Assembly (NCBI RefSeq): GCF_009931435.1 | Contig: NZ_CP043414.1 | Source of the DNA: Escherichia coli | GTDB lineage: Bacteria > Pseudomonadota > Gammaproteobacteria > Enterobacterales > Enterobacteriaceae | Length of the DNA: 64,000 bases | Direction: 5' to 3' (one strand) | Shown: piece after piece, positions 27,316 to 37,315 of the stretch | How the letters are laid out: every line of letters starts with the position of its first letter | Numbering within the stretch: the first letter of the stretch is position 1 | Notes under the pieces: model-generated | The model's input: only the letters and a program-made list of their open reading frames with translations | Told to the model about the DNA's origin: nothing | The model's database searches: none | Position numbers and translations under genes: made by a program

Positions 27316-27369
27316 GAAATGACTCCTTAAAGGACAAATAAATGCGTGGTTTTCAGGGTAATGGCTGAA

Positions 27370-28188
27370 TCAGCGCAGGCTCTCCAGCAGGGTTTCCGCC
27401 ATCACCCACAATGCGCGGTTGAGCTTAATGTCAGTGTCAATGCTGTGAATGGCACGGGTATGGATACGTTTTCCTTTAGCGCTGCGACCTGAAATTCCGC
27501 CTTTCAGCATATTCTCCTGAATGGTCTGATAAGCACTCCACAGGTCCTTACCGTAATCCTCCCGGCGTCGTGGCGTCAGAATGTCGGCGGTGGTGACGGG
27601 CTGATGTTCGTCACCATAACGGTAAGTCAGTGCCGCCTGTGCCAGCGCCTGGCGTGCCGGTGGCGGCAGAATCAGCGACTGCATGGCATCACGCTTTTCC
27701 TCAATCCGGTCAAAAACCCCCACCACCTCGTAAGCCCCTTCAATGACTCTGTCCACCACATTTCCCCGGTGCGGAACACGCACTTCCCCCAGAGACTGAC
27801 CACAGACGCATCCGTTCTGGCAGACGAACCTGAAGTAACCCGGCAGCATCTGGTAGCTGGAGGTACCGTCATGAGAGTTGAGCAGAATAATTTCAGGGAC
27901 ATGTTCTCCGTTTATCTCTCCGGCCCGCCGCAGACGCAGCATGTGTTTTGTGTATCCCCGGCGGCCCGGGTCGCGCACACGGGTCTGGCAGGCGAAGAAT
28001 GGCTGAAAGCCTTCCCGCTGCAGGCTTTCCAGTACGGTGATGGTGGGGATGTACGTATAGTTCTGGCTTCGGGACGTGTGTTTATCTTCCCCGAAAATCC
28101 CCGGCACATAGTGCATCAGTTCTTCGTGTGTCAGCGGACGGTCACGGCGTATCTGGTTCGCATAACCAAAACGACTGGCTAGTCGCAT
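27370..28188 (-). CDS. DUF932 domain protein (YafZ/YfjQ-like)
   Basis: 272 aa ORF in conserved island position; family assignment from recalled sequence features. Confidence 0.7.
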   Translation of the reverse strand: MRLASRFGYANQIRRDRPLTHEELMHYVPGIFGEDKHTSRSQNYTYIPTITVLESLQREGFQPFFACQTRVRDPGRRGYTKHMLRLRRAGEINGEHVPEIILLNSHDGTSSYQMLPGYFRFVCQNGCVCGQSLGEVRVPHRGNVVDRVIEGAYEVVGVFDRIEEKRDAMQSLILPPPARQALAQAALTYRYGDEHQPVTTADILTPRRREDYGKDLWSAYQTIQENMLKGGISGRSAKGKRIHTRAIHSIDTDIKLNRALWVMAETLLESLR

Positions 28189-28287
28189 AATTTGCTCCTT
28201 ATCGGTGGTTAAGATTTACTGGTGTAATAAATGAAAAAGCCACGTCTCCCGGAGAAGACGCGGCCTGATGGGTGAAATGAATGACGT

Positions 28288-28521
28288 TTATTGTCTGAGA
28301 AGACCGTCACTGGCGAGCCGCGTATTAAGCACCTTTCCGGCATCGGGTTCAGAATTCCGGCAGCGCCAGCGTCGCTGACCTTCCGCGTTGCGGATAACCC
28401 GACGGAAATGCATTCCCGGATCATCCTGGATAAACACATTGCGGTAAGCGGTTATGACAGCAACCGCCTGCCCGTATGAGAAAGATCCTTCAGCCAGGAC
28501 ATACTCTGTGTAACCCGGCAT
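28288..28521 (-). CDS. Small hypothetical protein (77 aa), possibly DUF905-like
   Basis: ORF only; fits a gap between DUF932 gene and downstream exported protein; weak support. Confidence 0.3.
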   Translation of the reverse strand: MPGYTEYVLAEGSFSYGQAVAVITAYRNVFIQDDPGMHFRRVIRNAEGQRRWRCRNSEPDAGKVLNTRLASDGLLRQ

Positions 28522-28599
28522 ATCTGTTTTCTCCTGATAAATAAAAAGCCTCTGCCACGCGTTGTGACAGAGGCTGAAGCATGAAACTGACTTCAGGGA

Positions 28600-29055
28600 T
28601 CAGTTAACGTTTTTTCCGGAAACGGTAATCAGCAGTGGATGGTAGTCCTGGGGATTGAAAACCGATAACGGCAGACTGACACGATGGCCGTTACTTTCTT
28701 CAGTTGCTTTAATGATTTCGGTTGTGGCGACATTTTCCACGCACTCCGTTTCCAGAAATGCGTCTGTGGTTCGCGTGGCATTACTGTCACCAAAAGCTTC
28801 CGTTTCCATTTTTCTGGTCACCAGCGTCTGACCATATTTGTCTTTGAGTTGCAGAGTGATGGTGAGGGGGCCAAATCCTTCATCGTTTCCGCCATTATCC
28901 AGCCGGAACTGGTAAGCACAAATATTTCCCGGGAGCCATATCGTATCTGTATTGCGTATACTGATGTAACGTTGATCCTGTGCCCGGAGTGGGGCAGACC
29001 ACGTTAACCCCAGAATGAAGGCGGTAATCATGCAGGTTTTGAACAGGTGAATCAT
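28600..29055 (-). CDS. Hypothetical exported protein (signal peptide, 151 aa)
   Basis: N-terminal hydrophobic signal sequence ending LRA|QD; RBS-like GAGAGG upstream. Confidence 0.5.
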   Translation of the reverse strand: MIHLFKTCMITAFILGLTWSAPLRAQDQRYISIRNTDTIWLPGNICAYQFRLDNGGNDEGFGPLTITLQLKDKYGQTLVTRKMETEAFGDSNATRTTDAFLETECVENVATTEIIKATEESNGHRVSLPLSVFNPQDYHPLLITVSGKNVN

Positions 29056-29130
29056 GGTATTTACCTCTCTGAGTCATGACGATGACACTGACAAATCAGG
29101 TGATAAAGCGTAAAAGGCGCAGAATAGCCG

Positions 29131-31653
29131 TTATGCCGGTAACTCCGGGGGTAATGCTTCTTCCAGTCGGTTAACCATATTGCCGAGATGGGATGCATCA
29201 TATTCCATGACGGGGCGTTGCCTGATGATACTGACCACCAGTGGTTTGATTAACATATTGGTCGCGGCCCGTTGTTGTATACCGGCGGCGAAAATGATCT
29301 CCAGAGCATTCTGATCGATAACACGGGCCAGATTCTCGTTCAGATTTTCAATCTCATGTCCGGTCAGCAGGAAACTGCCGGCAAGCCATGTCACCTGCTC
29401 CTGAATCATTGCCAGAATTTTGACGCGATCTTCTTCAACCAGCGCTCCGGCAATTTTTCCTGATACAGCGGAGGCAATCATTCCCCCCAGAACACCGCCA
29501 ACCACACGCCCTGTCAGTGCACCAAATGGTCCCAGTGGACTGAACAGTATCCCGCCCGCCACTGACCCGACAGCTCCACCTGCCACACCGGAAGATGCCA
29601 CGGCAAGATTCCTGATGAACTGCGCACCGGAGATCCGTCCCCGCAACATTTTGATCATGTCAGGGCCGGTTGTGACAGCTACCAGTGCCAGAGATGTCAC
29701 CAGCGTACCCTTCATTACTTTGTTCAGGGCACTGATATTTCCTGCACCGGTCCCCTTCTGAAGAGCCAGTCGGACAGTCGGGCTGGCAGTCGAAAAATCA
29801 ATGTGCTTCAGCATACCCTGAACAACACTGAGCCGGTGGAGTTGCTGGGTTGTGACGTAGACAGCCAGTGTGCGGGTGAAGGTTTTTCCTGCCTGGACAG
29901 CAGCTGTCTGCAGGGCAGCATCGCGATCGCCGGTGCTGAGCCAGAAGACCGATGCCGTCAGGGCAAAACTGATCCCTCCGGCCGCCAGACTGACAACCGA
30001 ACCCTCGGCAATATCATAAGTGACCGATTCGATGGTCCCGAACCGGGTGATATTACGGGCCTGAGTATAAGTCAGATGTCCCCGACGAATCAGCCGGGAC
30101 GCTTCTGCGGGATCGGTTACACCGGGTACTTTACCTTCGCGGATCTTATTCCTCATGGTTTCAACAGCGCCGGCATACTGATCACGGGGGACTTCCAGTT
30201 GCATGGGGCCATTATTTCCCATGTAACGATACTGTCCGTTTTGTCCGTCGAATGCCGCACCGACGCTACGGGCTGCAGTTGAACAATATTTCGTCTGGAT
30301 TTCTGTTCCGCTGACCAGCCTGTCTGCTCCATTTCTGGCATTATTATCACCGAGGATCCGTGCGTTTTTCAGACGGACTCTGTCGACAATATGGTTTCCC
30401 CGTTCAGCGGCAAACCCATGTCCCTGCCCTCCGGAAGCAAACATTTTCTCATTTGTACTCCAGGTTTCCGGCAGTTTCATGAGAATCAGACCATTCGCCG
30501 TTGCATCGGAAATAAAGCTGTTGTAAGGGCGTTCATAAATTTCCTGACACAGTGTTTCTGTTTCGCGACAAAGAGAGGAGCAGTACCATTCCGGATCCGG
30601 CTTATGATTTTCCGGGGCATGATGTACTTCTGTCAGCCCGCAGGAGGCACAGATACGAAGCTCATCCACGTGATGGAATGATACAAAACGGCGACCTTCT
30701 GAAAAGGGATACCAGTCACCGCCGTCCAGGCAACGATCGAGAAAATCGTCATTTGCTTCCGGTGATAAATTCAGGCGGTTCCGGAAGAGCGTTTTCAGTT
30801 CATCAGGTGTGAATGACAGGTTCTCTTTCAACTGTTCGTTAAACCCTGCCATGTTTCTTTCATACCAGGCATTGTTCAGTAACCAGTTTCCGTCTGCCAG
30901 TTCAAATTCCCTCAGCTCTCCCCGGGAAATCCGTTGAGAAATGAGCGTCAGCCAGATGCGCTCCGTCAGTGAGTCAGGAAGGCTGTAATCGTTTTGCAAA
31001 CTGGTCAGCCACGATTTACTGTTGAGCACCGGTTGTTCTTCCAGTGTCTGGCTGATGGCACAGGTCAGTTTTTTCAGCGCCTGGATCTGGCTGGCCGCCC
31101 ATAGCAGCGTCACTAATGCAGCCAGCCAGTACAACAACCCGCCCCACCACATCAGTGACGGTGAAATATCGTACTGTAACGCGATCAATGGTGCGCATGC
31201 AGAACACGCCATAAGGAAAAAGGCAGTATAAAAACAGCAGTAATACCCGTTAATTTCCTTGCTGATATCTTCTGGTGTGATCCCGTTCTGCTGAATGTTT
31301 TTGATCTGCAGGGGAACAGCCAGCAGACCACCGGCGAGAGCGGTGGTCAGAATAAATTTCACAGAGTCAAAGGTGCGAGCCTCCAGCGCGATATGTTTAC
31401 CATCAAGTCCCCACATGAAGCTGATGATCATTCCGGCAATCGTCAGAAATACGCCTGCCAGCCAGCGAATATGGAACAACCGGGTTATGCGTTCGGTGAT
31501 ATAGCCAGCCAGTAAGGCCGGGCCGAACAGACACAGCAATATGAGCCCTGCCAGCGCAGAAGCCGTGCTGATTAATGCTCTGAACAAAAGGCGAAGAATG
31601 GCAAATCCTGCGATCAGCAGGATCAGCGCGCCGACTATCTGTAACATAGTCAC
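29131..31653 (-). CDS. yeeR: YeeR-like inner membrane protein (840 aa) with C-terminal glycine-zipper region
   Basis: Multiple N-terminal TM segments; C-terminal G/A-rich zipper-like segments; located between flu and the antirestriction/DUF932 cluster. Confidence 0.65.
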   Translation of the reverse strand: MTMLQIVGALILLIAGFAILRLLFRALISTASALAGLILLCLFGPALLAGYITERITRLFHIRWLAGVFLTIAGMIISFMWGLDGKHIALEARTFDSVKFILTTALAGGLLAVPLQIKNIQQNGITPEDISKEINGYYCCFYTAFFLMACSACAPLIALQYDISPSLMWWGGLLYWLAALVTLLWAASQIQALKKLTCAISQTLEEQPVLNSKSWLTSLQNDYSLPDSLTERIWLTLISQRISRGELREFELADGNWLLNNAWYERNMAGFNEQLKENLSFTPDELKTLFRNRLNLSPEANDDFLDRCLDGGDWYPFSEGRRFVSFHHVDELRICASCGLTEVHHAPENHKPDPEWYCSSLCRETETLCQEIYERPYNSFISDATANGLILMKLPETWSTNEKMFASGGQGHGFAAERGNHIVDRVRLKNARILGDNNARNGADRLVSGTEIQTKYCSTAARSVGAAFDGQNGQYRYMGNNGPMQLEVPRDQYAGAVETMRNKIREGKVPGVTDPAEASRLIRRGHLTYTQARNITRFGTIESVTYDIAEGSVVSLAAGGISFALTASVFWLSTGDRDAALQTAAVQAGKTFTRTLAVYVTTQQLHRLSVVQGMLKHIDFSTASPTVRLALQKGTGAGNISALNKVMKGTLVTSLALVAVTTGPDMIKMLRGRISGAQFIRNLAVASSGVAGGAVGSVAGGILFSPLGPFGALTGRVVGGVLGGMIASAVSGKIAGALVEEDRVKILAMIQEQVTWLAGSFLLTGHEIENLNENLARVIDQNALEIIFAAGIQQRAATNMLIKPLVVSIIRQRPVMEYDASHLGNMVNRLEEALPPELPA

Positions 31654-31767
31654 TCCGTGATGAATATCATGTTATTGTTAATGCCAGCGAATGTGGCGTT
31701 GAAGATCCGTTGCGCCGGTCCGGGTCCCGGTCATGATGACCGGGACCACAGAGAGGCGATGGTTCTG

Positions 31768-34700
31768 TCAGAAGGTCACATTCAGTGTGGCCTGACCGTT
31801 ATACCCTTCAGCGCTGCTGCCGCTGACGCTGTGGGCATAACCGGCCTGAACGCCCAGGGTGATATTTTCCCGGACACGGGCTTCCAGTCCGGCCTGCAGG
31901 TCCAGTGATGTGCCATTCTGTGAGGGAGAGAACGTCATCCCGCTGCCTGCAGTGGAAGTCCCCACACGCATATCTCCCCGGGAGCTGAAGGTGCGGATAA
32001 CAGAAGGCTGTACCCACCAGTTCACCGGTAATTCACTCACACTGTGTTTTGCACTGTCACGCAGGGGGGCACGGGATGAGGTGCCTTCGCCAAAGGTCAT
32101 ATCGTTGTGGCTGCCCAGACGGAAACCGGCACGCACATGTTGTGCACTGCCATGCCCGAACTTCACATAACCGGCGTTGTCCTTACCGTCATCCAGGGAA
32201 AGTCCCTGCCAGGTATACTGCAGTTGTGGCTCCAGCATCAGGTTGTCAGTGATACTGAAGGGCAGACCGGTTTCCAGTGAGCCCAGCCAGCCCCAGCCCC
32301 GGGCGCGGAAGTCGTTATTGTCCGATGACGCTTTCATGCTGTGGCGGGTTCCCTGTGCCACAATGTCAGCCCACAGGCCGGAGGACGTGTGTGTCAGATT
32401 CAGGTATCCGCCCAGGCTGCCGGCATCATCCCGGACCGTGCCGGCACGGGAGCCGTCATCATCCTTAACATCAACGGAAGAATGGCCAGCAGCACCATAT
32501 ACCCCCGCGGTCACAGACATACCGGCAACCTCTGTTCTCATCAGGTCACCCTCCAGACGGACGAATCCATAGCTGCCGCTGCTTTCCGGCGTGGCCCCAC
32601 GGGCAATACCGCCATTGTTATCGTGACCGAGATGACCGCCCTGAATGCTGAGACGGACGCTGTTGTTTTCACCATTTACACCGGTCTGATGGCTGCGGGA
32701 GCCTGCCACAATCCGGTCATAGTCCATTGCCTGTGTCAGCATGGAGGCATACAGGGGGACTTCTGCACGATAAGCATTTTCACTGCGCAGATACCAGCTC
32801 TCACCACTGTCCCGGTTGAGGGAGTAGTTAAAGGCACCGGCCTGCAGCCTGTTCCCCTGGACAAAGGCCCCTTCCTCCGTGGTGGCACCGTTAATGGCTT
32901 CCACCACCTGAATACCCTTACCGCTGGTCGCCAGCCCCGACGCACTGTTGCCGGCGTTCACCAGGTTCAGGATGGTTTTTCCGGTTGCCCTGCCGCCGTC
33001 AATGACCAGTCTGTCAGCATTGTTCTGTGCCATATCCGGGCGTACACGCAGGCTGATGGTGCCATTCTGTCCGTTCAGGTTTTTCACTTTCAGGGTTGCC
33101 GGTACGAACTTCCCTGTGCGGGTGGAGGTGAAATGAATCTGTCCGGCATGGCTGAGGTCATCCACCACCGACTGCACCGTGGCGTTATCGGGGATATTCC
33201 AGGTGGCACCGGAGGCGAGAGTGACATTCGTGGGGTCAATGGCACCGTTCAGCACAGTGCTGCCGGTCAGCTTCAGGGCTGTACCGCGCTGAGCAATGAC
33301 ATCCGTGGTGACGGTACTGTCGTTCAGCGTCAGCGTGCCTTCATTCAGGTTGACGGCTTTCTGGGTGAGTGTGGTGTTGCTGACAGTGAGTGTGCCACTT
33401 CCTGATTTTTCCACGCTGCCGTTACCGGTGAGAGAGCCTCCCTGCAGGAGTGCATCGCCTTCACGGATGGTCAGGGTATCGTTGTTCACCGTCTTCCCGG
33501 AAAGGGTAAGTATGGCGCCGTTATTCAGCGTGGTGGTGCCCGCCAGTGTGCCGCCCCTGGCGGTGAACAGTCCGCCATTTACCGTGGTATCCGTGGCCGT
33601 ATCACCGGCGTTCAGCGTGAATGAACTGCCTTTTTCCAGCATCAGGGCATCCGCCTGACCGCCTCCGATACTGAATGCCTTTCCGTCGCTCCGGGTACCA
33701 CTGACAGCGGCACCGGAATCGGCCAGCAGTACACCGCCATTTCCCATGGATACGGTGGTGGCGGTACCACCGTTGCGGACATCCAGCGTTCCGCCATCAT
33801 CCACGCGGGTATTAGTGGCTGTGTGTCCGGTCAGCACATCCAGGCGTCCGCCATTTTCCAGTACGACATTATCAGCTTTACCCTCCACAACCGAGAATGC
33901 TCCAAGGCGGTTTATGCCGGTAACGGTTGCAGCCGTACTGGTAACCAGTGCGCCGCCCTGCTTCAGGGTGACATTCGTGGCTGTACCACCGGCGTCCACC
34001 TGCAGTCTGCCCTTCTGATTAACGGTGGTATTCCCGGCCACACCCCCGTTTTTGACAATCTGCCAGCCGTCACTGTTCACAACAGTGTCAGACGCTGTAC
34101 CGCCGTTGTGCACATACTGGTATCCCCCATTCAGCGTGGTATCCAGTGCGTGACCATGTACAGTCTGGTCGCCGCCGGCATAAACCACAGTGGTATTTGC
34201 CGTTCCTTCAGTTCTCACAATCTGGCGACCGTTTTTATTGATGGTTGTGCGTACGGCATCCCCGCGAACAAACTGCCCGGTATCACCGTTTTCTGCATCC
34301 GGTCCCCCTTCCGCCCCGGTATTAACAACGGTATCCGTTGCCACTGTACCGGGCTTGACGACCTGCCAGCCCTTATCATTAATGACGGTTCCTGTGGCTA
34401 TCGCCCCCTCATGCATCCACTGTTCGCCACCATTCAGCGTGGTGTTCACTGCCCGTCCCTGAAGGCTCTGTCCGCCTCCGGCACTGATAACCGTGTCTGA
34501 GACACTTCCACCGGGGTTCACTCTCTGAAGACCACCACTGGTGACAGTCGTTTTGTTGGCTGTTCCGCCATCCTGTACCCATTGCCCGCCGGTATTGGCC
34601 TCGTTATCCGGCCCATACTCCAGCCCGGTACTGATGGTCATTCCGTTGGTCGTACCGAAGACAATCTGGTTGTCATGATTTTCCAGTGTTCCGCCGTTCA

Positions 34701-34887
34701 CGGTTTCACCTGCCTGTACAATACTGTCAGCAGCCAGGGCCGGGACTGACGTGACAGCAGCAAGAGACAGAGCAACCGCCACACCGGCGCCTTTTCCCCG
34801 TGAGCGGGCCAGTTCGGAGGCCACCACCAGGGTGCCCGTAATGTGATTCCATACCAGCCTGTAGCTGGTGTTCAGATGTCGTTTCAT
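31768..34887 (-). CDS. flu: Antigen 43 autotransporter adhesin (self-associating autotransporter)
   Basis: 1039 aa from MKRHLNTSYRLVWNHITGTLVVASELA extended signal peptide; repetitive beta-helix passenger; C-terminal beta-barrel ending …ATLNVTF. Confidence 0.9.
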   Translation of the reverse strand: MKRHLNTSYRLVWNHITGTLVVASELARSRGKGAGVAVALSLAAVTSVPALAADSIVQAGETVNGGTLENHDNQIVFGTTNGMTISTGLEYGPDNEANTGGQWVQDGGTANKTTVTSGGLQRVNPGGSVSDTVISAGGGQSLQGRAVNTTLNGGEQWMHEGAIATGTVINDKGWQVVKPGTVATDTVVNTGAEGGPDAENGDTGQFVRGDAVRTTINKNGRQIVRTEGTANTTVVYAGGDQTVHGHALDTTLNGGYQYVHNGGTASDTVVNSDGWQIVKNGGVAGNTTVNQKGRLQVDAGGTATNVTLKQGGALVTSTAATVTGINRLGAFSVVEGKADNVVLENGGRLDVLTGHTATNTRVDDGGTLDVRNGGTATTVSMGNGGVLLADSGAAVSGTRSDGKAFSIGGGQADALMLEKGSSFTLNAGDTATDTTVNGGLFTARGGTLAGTTTLNNGAILTLSGKTVNNDTLTIREGDALLQGGSLTGNGSVEKSGSGTLTVSNTTLTQKAVNLNEGTLTLNDSTVTTDVIAQRGTALKLTGSTVLNGAIDPTNVTLASGATWNIPDNATVQSVVDDLSHAGQIHFTSTRTGKFVPATLKVKNLNGQNGTISLRVRPDMAQNNADRLVIDGGRATGKTILNLVNAGNSASGLATSGKGIQVVEAINGATTEEGAFVQGNRLQAGAFNYSLNRDSGESWYLRSENAYRAEVPLYASMLTQAMDYDRIVAGSRSHQTGVNGENNSVRLSIQGGHLGHDNNGGIARGATPESSGSYGFVRLEGDLMRTEVAGMSVTAGVYGAAGHSSVDVKDDDGSRAGTVRDDAGSLGGYLNLTHTSSGLWADIVAQGTRHSMKASSDNNDFRARGWGWLGSLETGLPFSITDNLMLEPQLQYTWQGLSLDDGKDNAGYVKFGHGSAQHVRAGFRLGSHNDMTFGEGTSSRAPLRDSAKHSVSELPVNWWVQPSVIRTFSSRGDMRVGTSTAGSGMTFSPSQNGTSLDLQAGLEARVRENITLGVQAGYAHSVSGSSAEGYNGQATLNVTF

Positions 34888-35069
34888 CAGCTTTTCCTTA
34901 GATTGAGGGTGAATAAAAAAGCCGGTACCCACAAACGTGGATACCGGCAGGTAAAGGGTTACAGTGCCGGAGGTCCGGCTGTGGGAGTTTCTGAATTGTG
35001 GTTCTGTTGTTCCCTGAATGTCTTTCTGTACGTATCTGTGCATGTTACTGACAAAGGTTATTATTAGCT

Positions 35070-35112
35070 TATCGATCGATATAAACGATCGATAAAATAG
35101 ATATCGATCGTT
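35070..35112 (-). promoter_or_regulatory. agn43 (flu) phase-variation switch: OxyR-binding region with three Dam GATC sites
   Basis: GATC at 35074-35077, 35087-35090 and 35106-35109 within 36 bp in the flu 5' region. Confidence 0.7.
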
Positions 35113-35214
35113 TTATTCTATTATTGAGCTATTGCACGGACAAGAGAGACAGTAACGAAAACAGTGCTTTTGTGAGCAGACTCAGAGTCAGGGAGGGCAT
35201 CAGTCACGACAGGT

Positions 35215-36126
35215 TCAGAAGAAAATCCAGTTCCATACCGCACGGGCAACAGAGACCACCGTGTCACGAACAGCGCGCAGGGCCGTACGGACAACAGAGG
35301 CAACACAGACGCTCTCCGCTGTGTCAAATATCCGGTCCACCGCACCGGTAAACTGTTCACGGGCCTGAGAGCGGACAGATTCCGTGCGCAGCTCGTCCTG
35401 CAGTCGGGTCATCAGGGGACTGGCGGCATGGTCGGGAAGCGCTGTCATGAGCGCACTGACCAGCGTATCCAGTTCCCAGCCGGTGCGGGCCGATACGGCC
35501 ACAACCGGATGTACGGGCCGGAACAGACGGAATACCGCCTCCGTTTTTTCGCGAATATTCTGTGCCTGTGCAGGAGAAGGCTGAATACCGGCCATATCCC
35601 ATTCATGGCAGGGCTCCGTTTTGTCGGCCTGCGTCACCACAAACAGTACCCGCTGATGTCCCCGGTGCAGGATGTGTCGCCAGAAATACTCATCCACAGA
35701 CAGGGCACGGTCATCGGCTTTAATCAGCCACAGTACCAGGTCAAGTTCAGGCAGAATGTCACGGTACAGGGCCTCATACTCTGCATCCCTGTCCCGGCTC
35801 TCGCCCACCCCGGGCAGGTCAGTGATAACCATGCTGTGACCGTGGCCACTCAGACGGAAGCGCCGTACTTCCCGGGTGCCGGCGTGAACATCACTGACCG
35901 GGGTGACCTCCCCCTGAAACAGTGCATTACAGAGTGAGGATTTACCGGCCCCGCTTTTACCCATAATGCCAATCACGGGTTCGTGACGGGTGAGTTTGCG
36001 CAGATGTTCCAGGATGTGACGGGAAAGCGAGTAAGGCAGGGAGGAGAGCGGTTTTTCAATTGCCTCAATGGCATCAGACGGATTCATACATGTATTCCCG
36101 GTGAAAAAAGACAAAACCCCGCGCAC
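35215..36126 (-). CDS. yeeP: YeeP-family GTPase (P-loop; YkfA/YfjP-like)
   Basis: P-loop GIMGKSGAGKSS and DxxG (DLPGVGE); probable start at MNPSDAIEAIEK (36087). Confidence 0.75.
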   Translation of the reverse strand: MRGVLSFFTGNTCMNPSDAIEAIEKPLSSLPYSLSRHILEHLRKLTRHEPVIGIMGKSGAGKSSLCNALFQGEVTPVSDVHAGTREVRRFRLSGHGHSMVITDLPGVGESRDRDAEYEALYRDILPELDLVLWLIKADDRALSVDEYFWRHILHRGHQRVLFVVTQADKTEPCHEWDMAGIQPSPAQAQNIREKTEAVFRLFRPVHPVVAVSARTGWELDTLVSALMTALPDHAASPLMTRLQDELRTESVRSQAREQFTGAVDRIFDTAESVCVASVVRTALRAVRDTVVSVARAVWNWIFF

Positions 36127-37315
36127 CGGAAAGGTGGCGGGGGATTCACGGAGATAATATCTGTCTGAAATTGTTTTTAATCGATGGGATTGTTGCGTAT
36201 TAACATGAAGGAGATCAGGACTTATCCGTTACTGGGTGATCTCCTTCCATGAAAATACGCCGTTATTGTTAAACAGCAGGCTGATTTCTCCGTAAAGGGG
36301 AAAATATTTATCGGCTGCATGATTATCAGGTGTGTCTGTGTTTACTGCTGTGAGTATTTTTCAGTGTATTGTGGGGGAGATGTCAGTGGGAGATATTAAA
36401 TTTACATTTATAATTATCTTACTTCTTCTGTGTGTTTTTTATAAGAGTGCACACGTAATGATATCTGTTGATACCATGTGGTTAAGTGTTTCCCTTCCTG
36501 GTCATGCGTAATGATTAAATGCTTTTGTGACACCATTCTTCCGGTCTGAATATTTATCCCGTTCTTTTTTATTTGTGCAGTGATACTGTCGGAAGAGAAT
36601 TCAGTAATGTGAGGTGTCCTGGTCAGGATAATATCTGCTGAGATATTATTAGTTGAGTGTGTTTTTACTGAGCAAAAGCTGGCTTTTAATTCCTGTACTG
36701 AAACGCTGTTGCTCGTCCGGGGTTAACTGAAACTGGATGATGATGTAAAATGAAGGCTGTTTTTGTGTTTGTCGAAGAAGTGTTATTTTAATCCATTCTC
36801 ATCATTGGCTGGCGATTATACAGAAGTATTTGAAGAAAAAATGGTGCATTTTATCTGCGTCAGCAGGGAGGAAGTATTTTATTGATGTATCAGTATTAAA
36901 TGGTTTTTGTTATTTAGAAATATGTCATCCTGTCCATAGAATATTGTACTCAGCATTCAGTGCAGGAACTGTAGTCTTCTTTATTTTATTCTTCTTCAGG
37001 AGGGGGGATTCCTGAAGGCGTTATTCCCGGTGTTCTGTTTATGATTCATCCCGGCAGGAAACCGGTATCTGCAATACCCGGGATGATGCTTTTTGTTCGT
37101 ACGTGGTTGTGTAAAATTTGAATAGTGGATGTGCTCTGAAGGGAAGGAGGGGACACACAGATTCATTTTGTCTTTCTTCAGCAGCAAAACACACTGTGGT
37201 TATTATTTAACCATTAAATCAACAAAAATTTTTACCTCATATTGATTTGACTGCTATTTTTGCTATTAATAGCCAGAATTGCAGTACTTTTATATCTGTG
37301 TGTAGTGAGGTTACT

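Noticed and set aside
32341-33405. Long plus-strand ORFs (up to 354 aa) inside the flu coding region
   Set aside because: They lie antisense to a well-supported 1039-aa autotransporter gene with GC-rich repetitive codons, which generates spurious open frames; no independent start, RBS or homology support.
35428-35937. 169-aa plus-strand ORF overlapping yeeP
   Set aside because: Antisense to the P-loop GTPase gene, which has clear motifs; treated as a shadow ORF.
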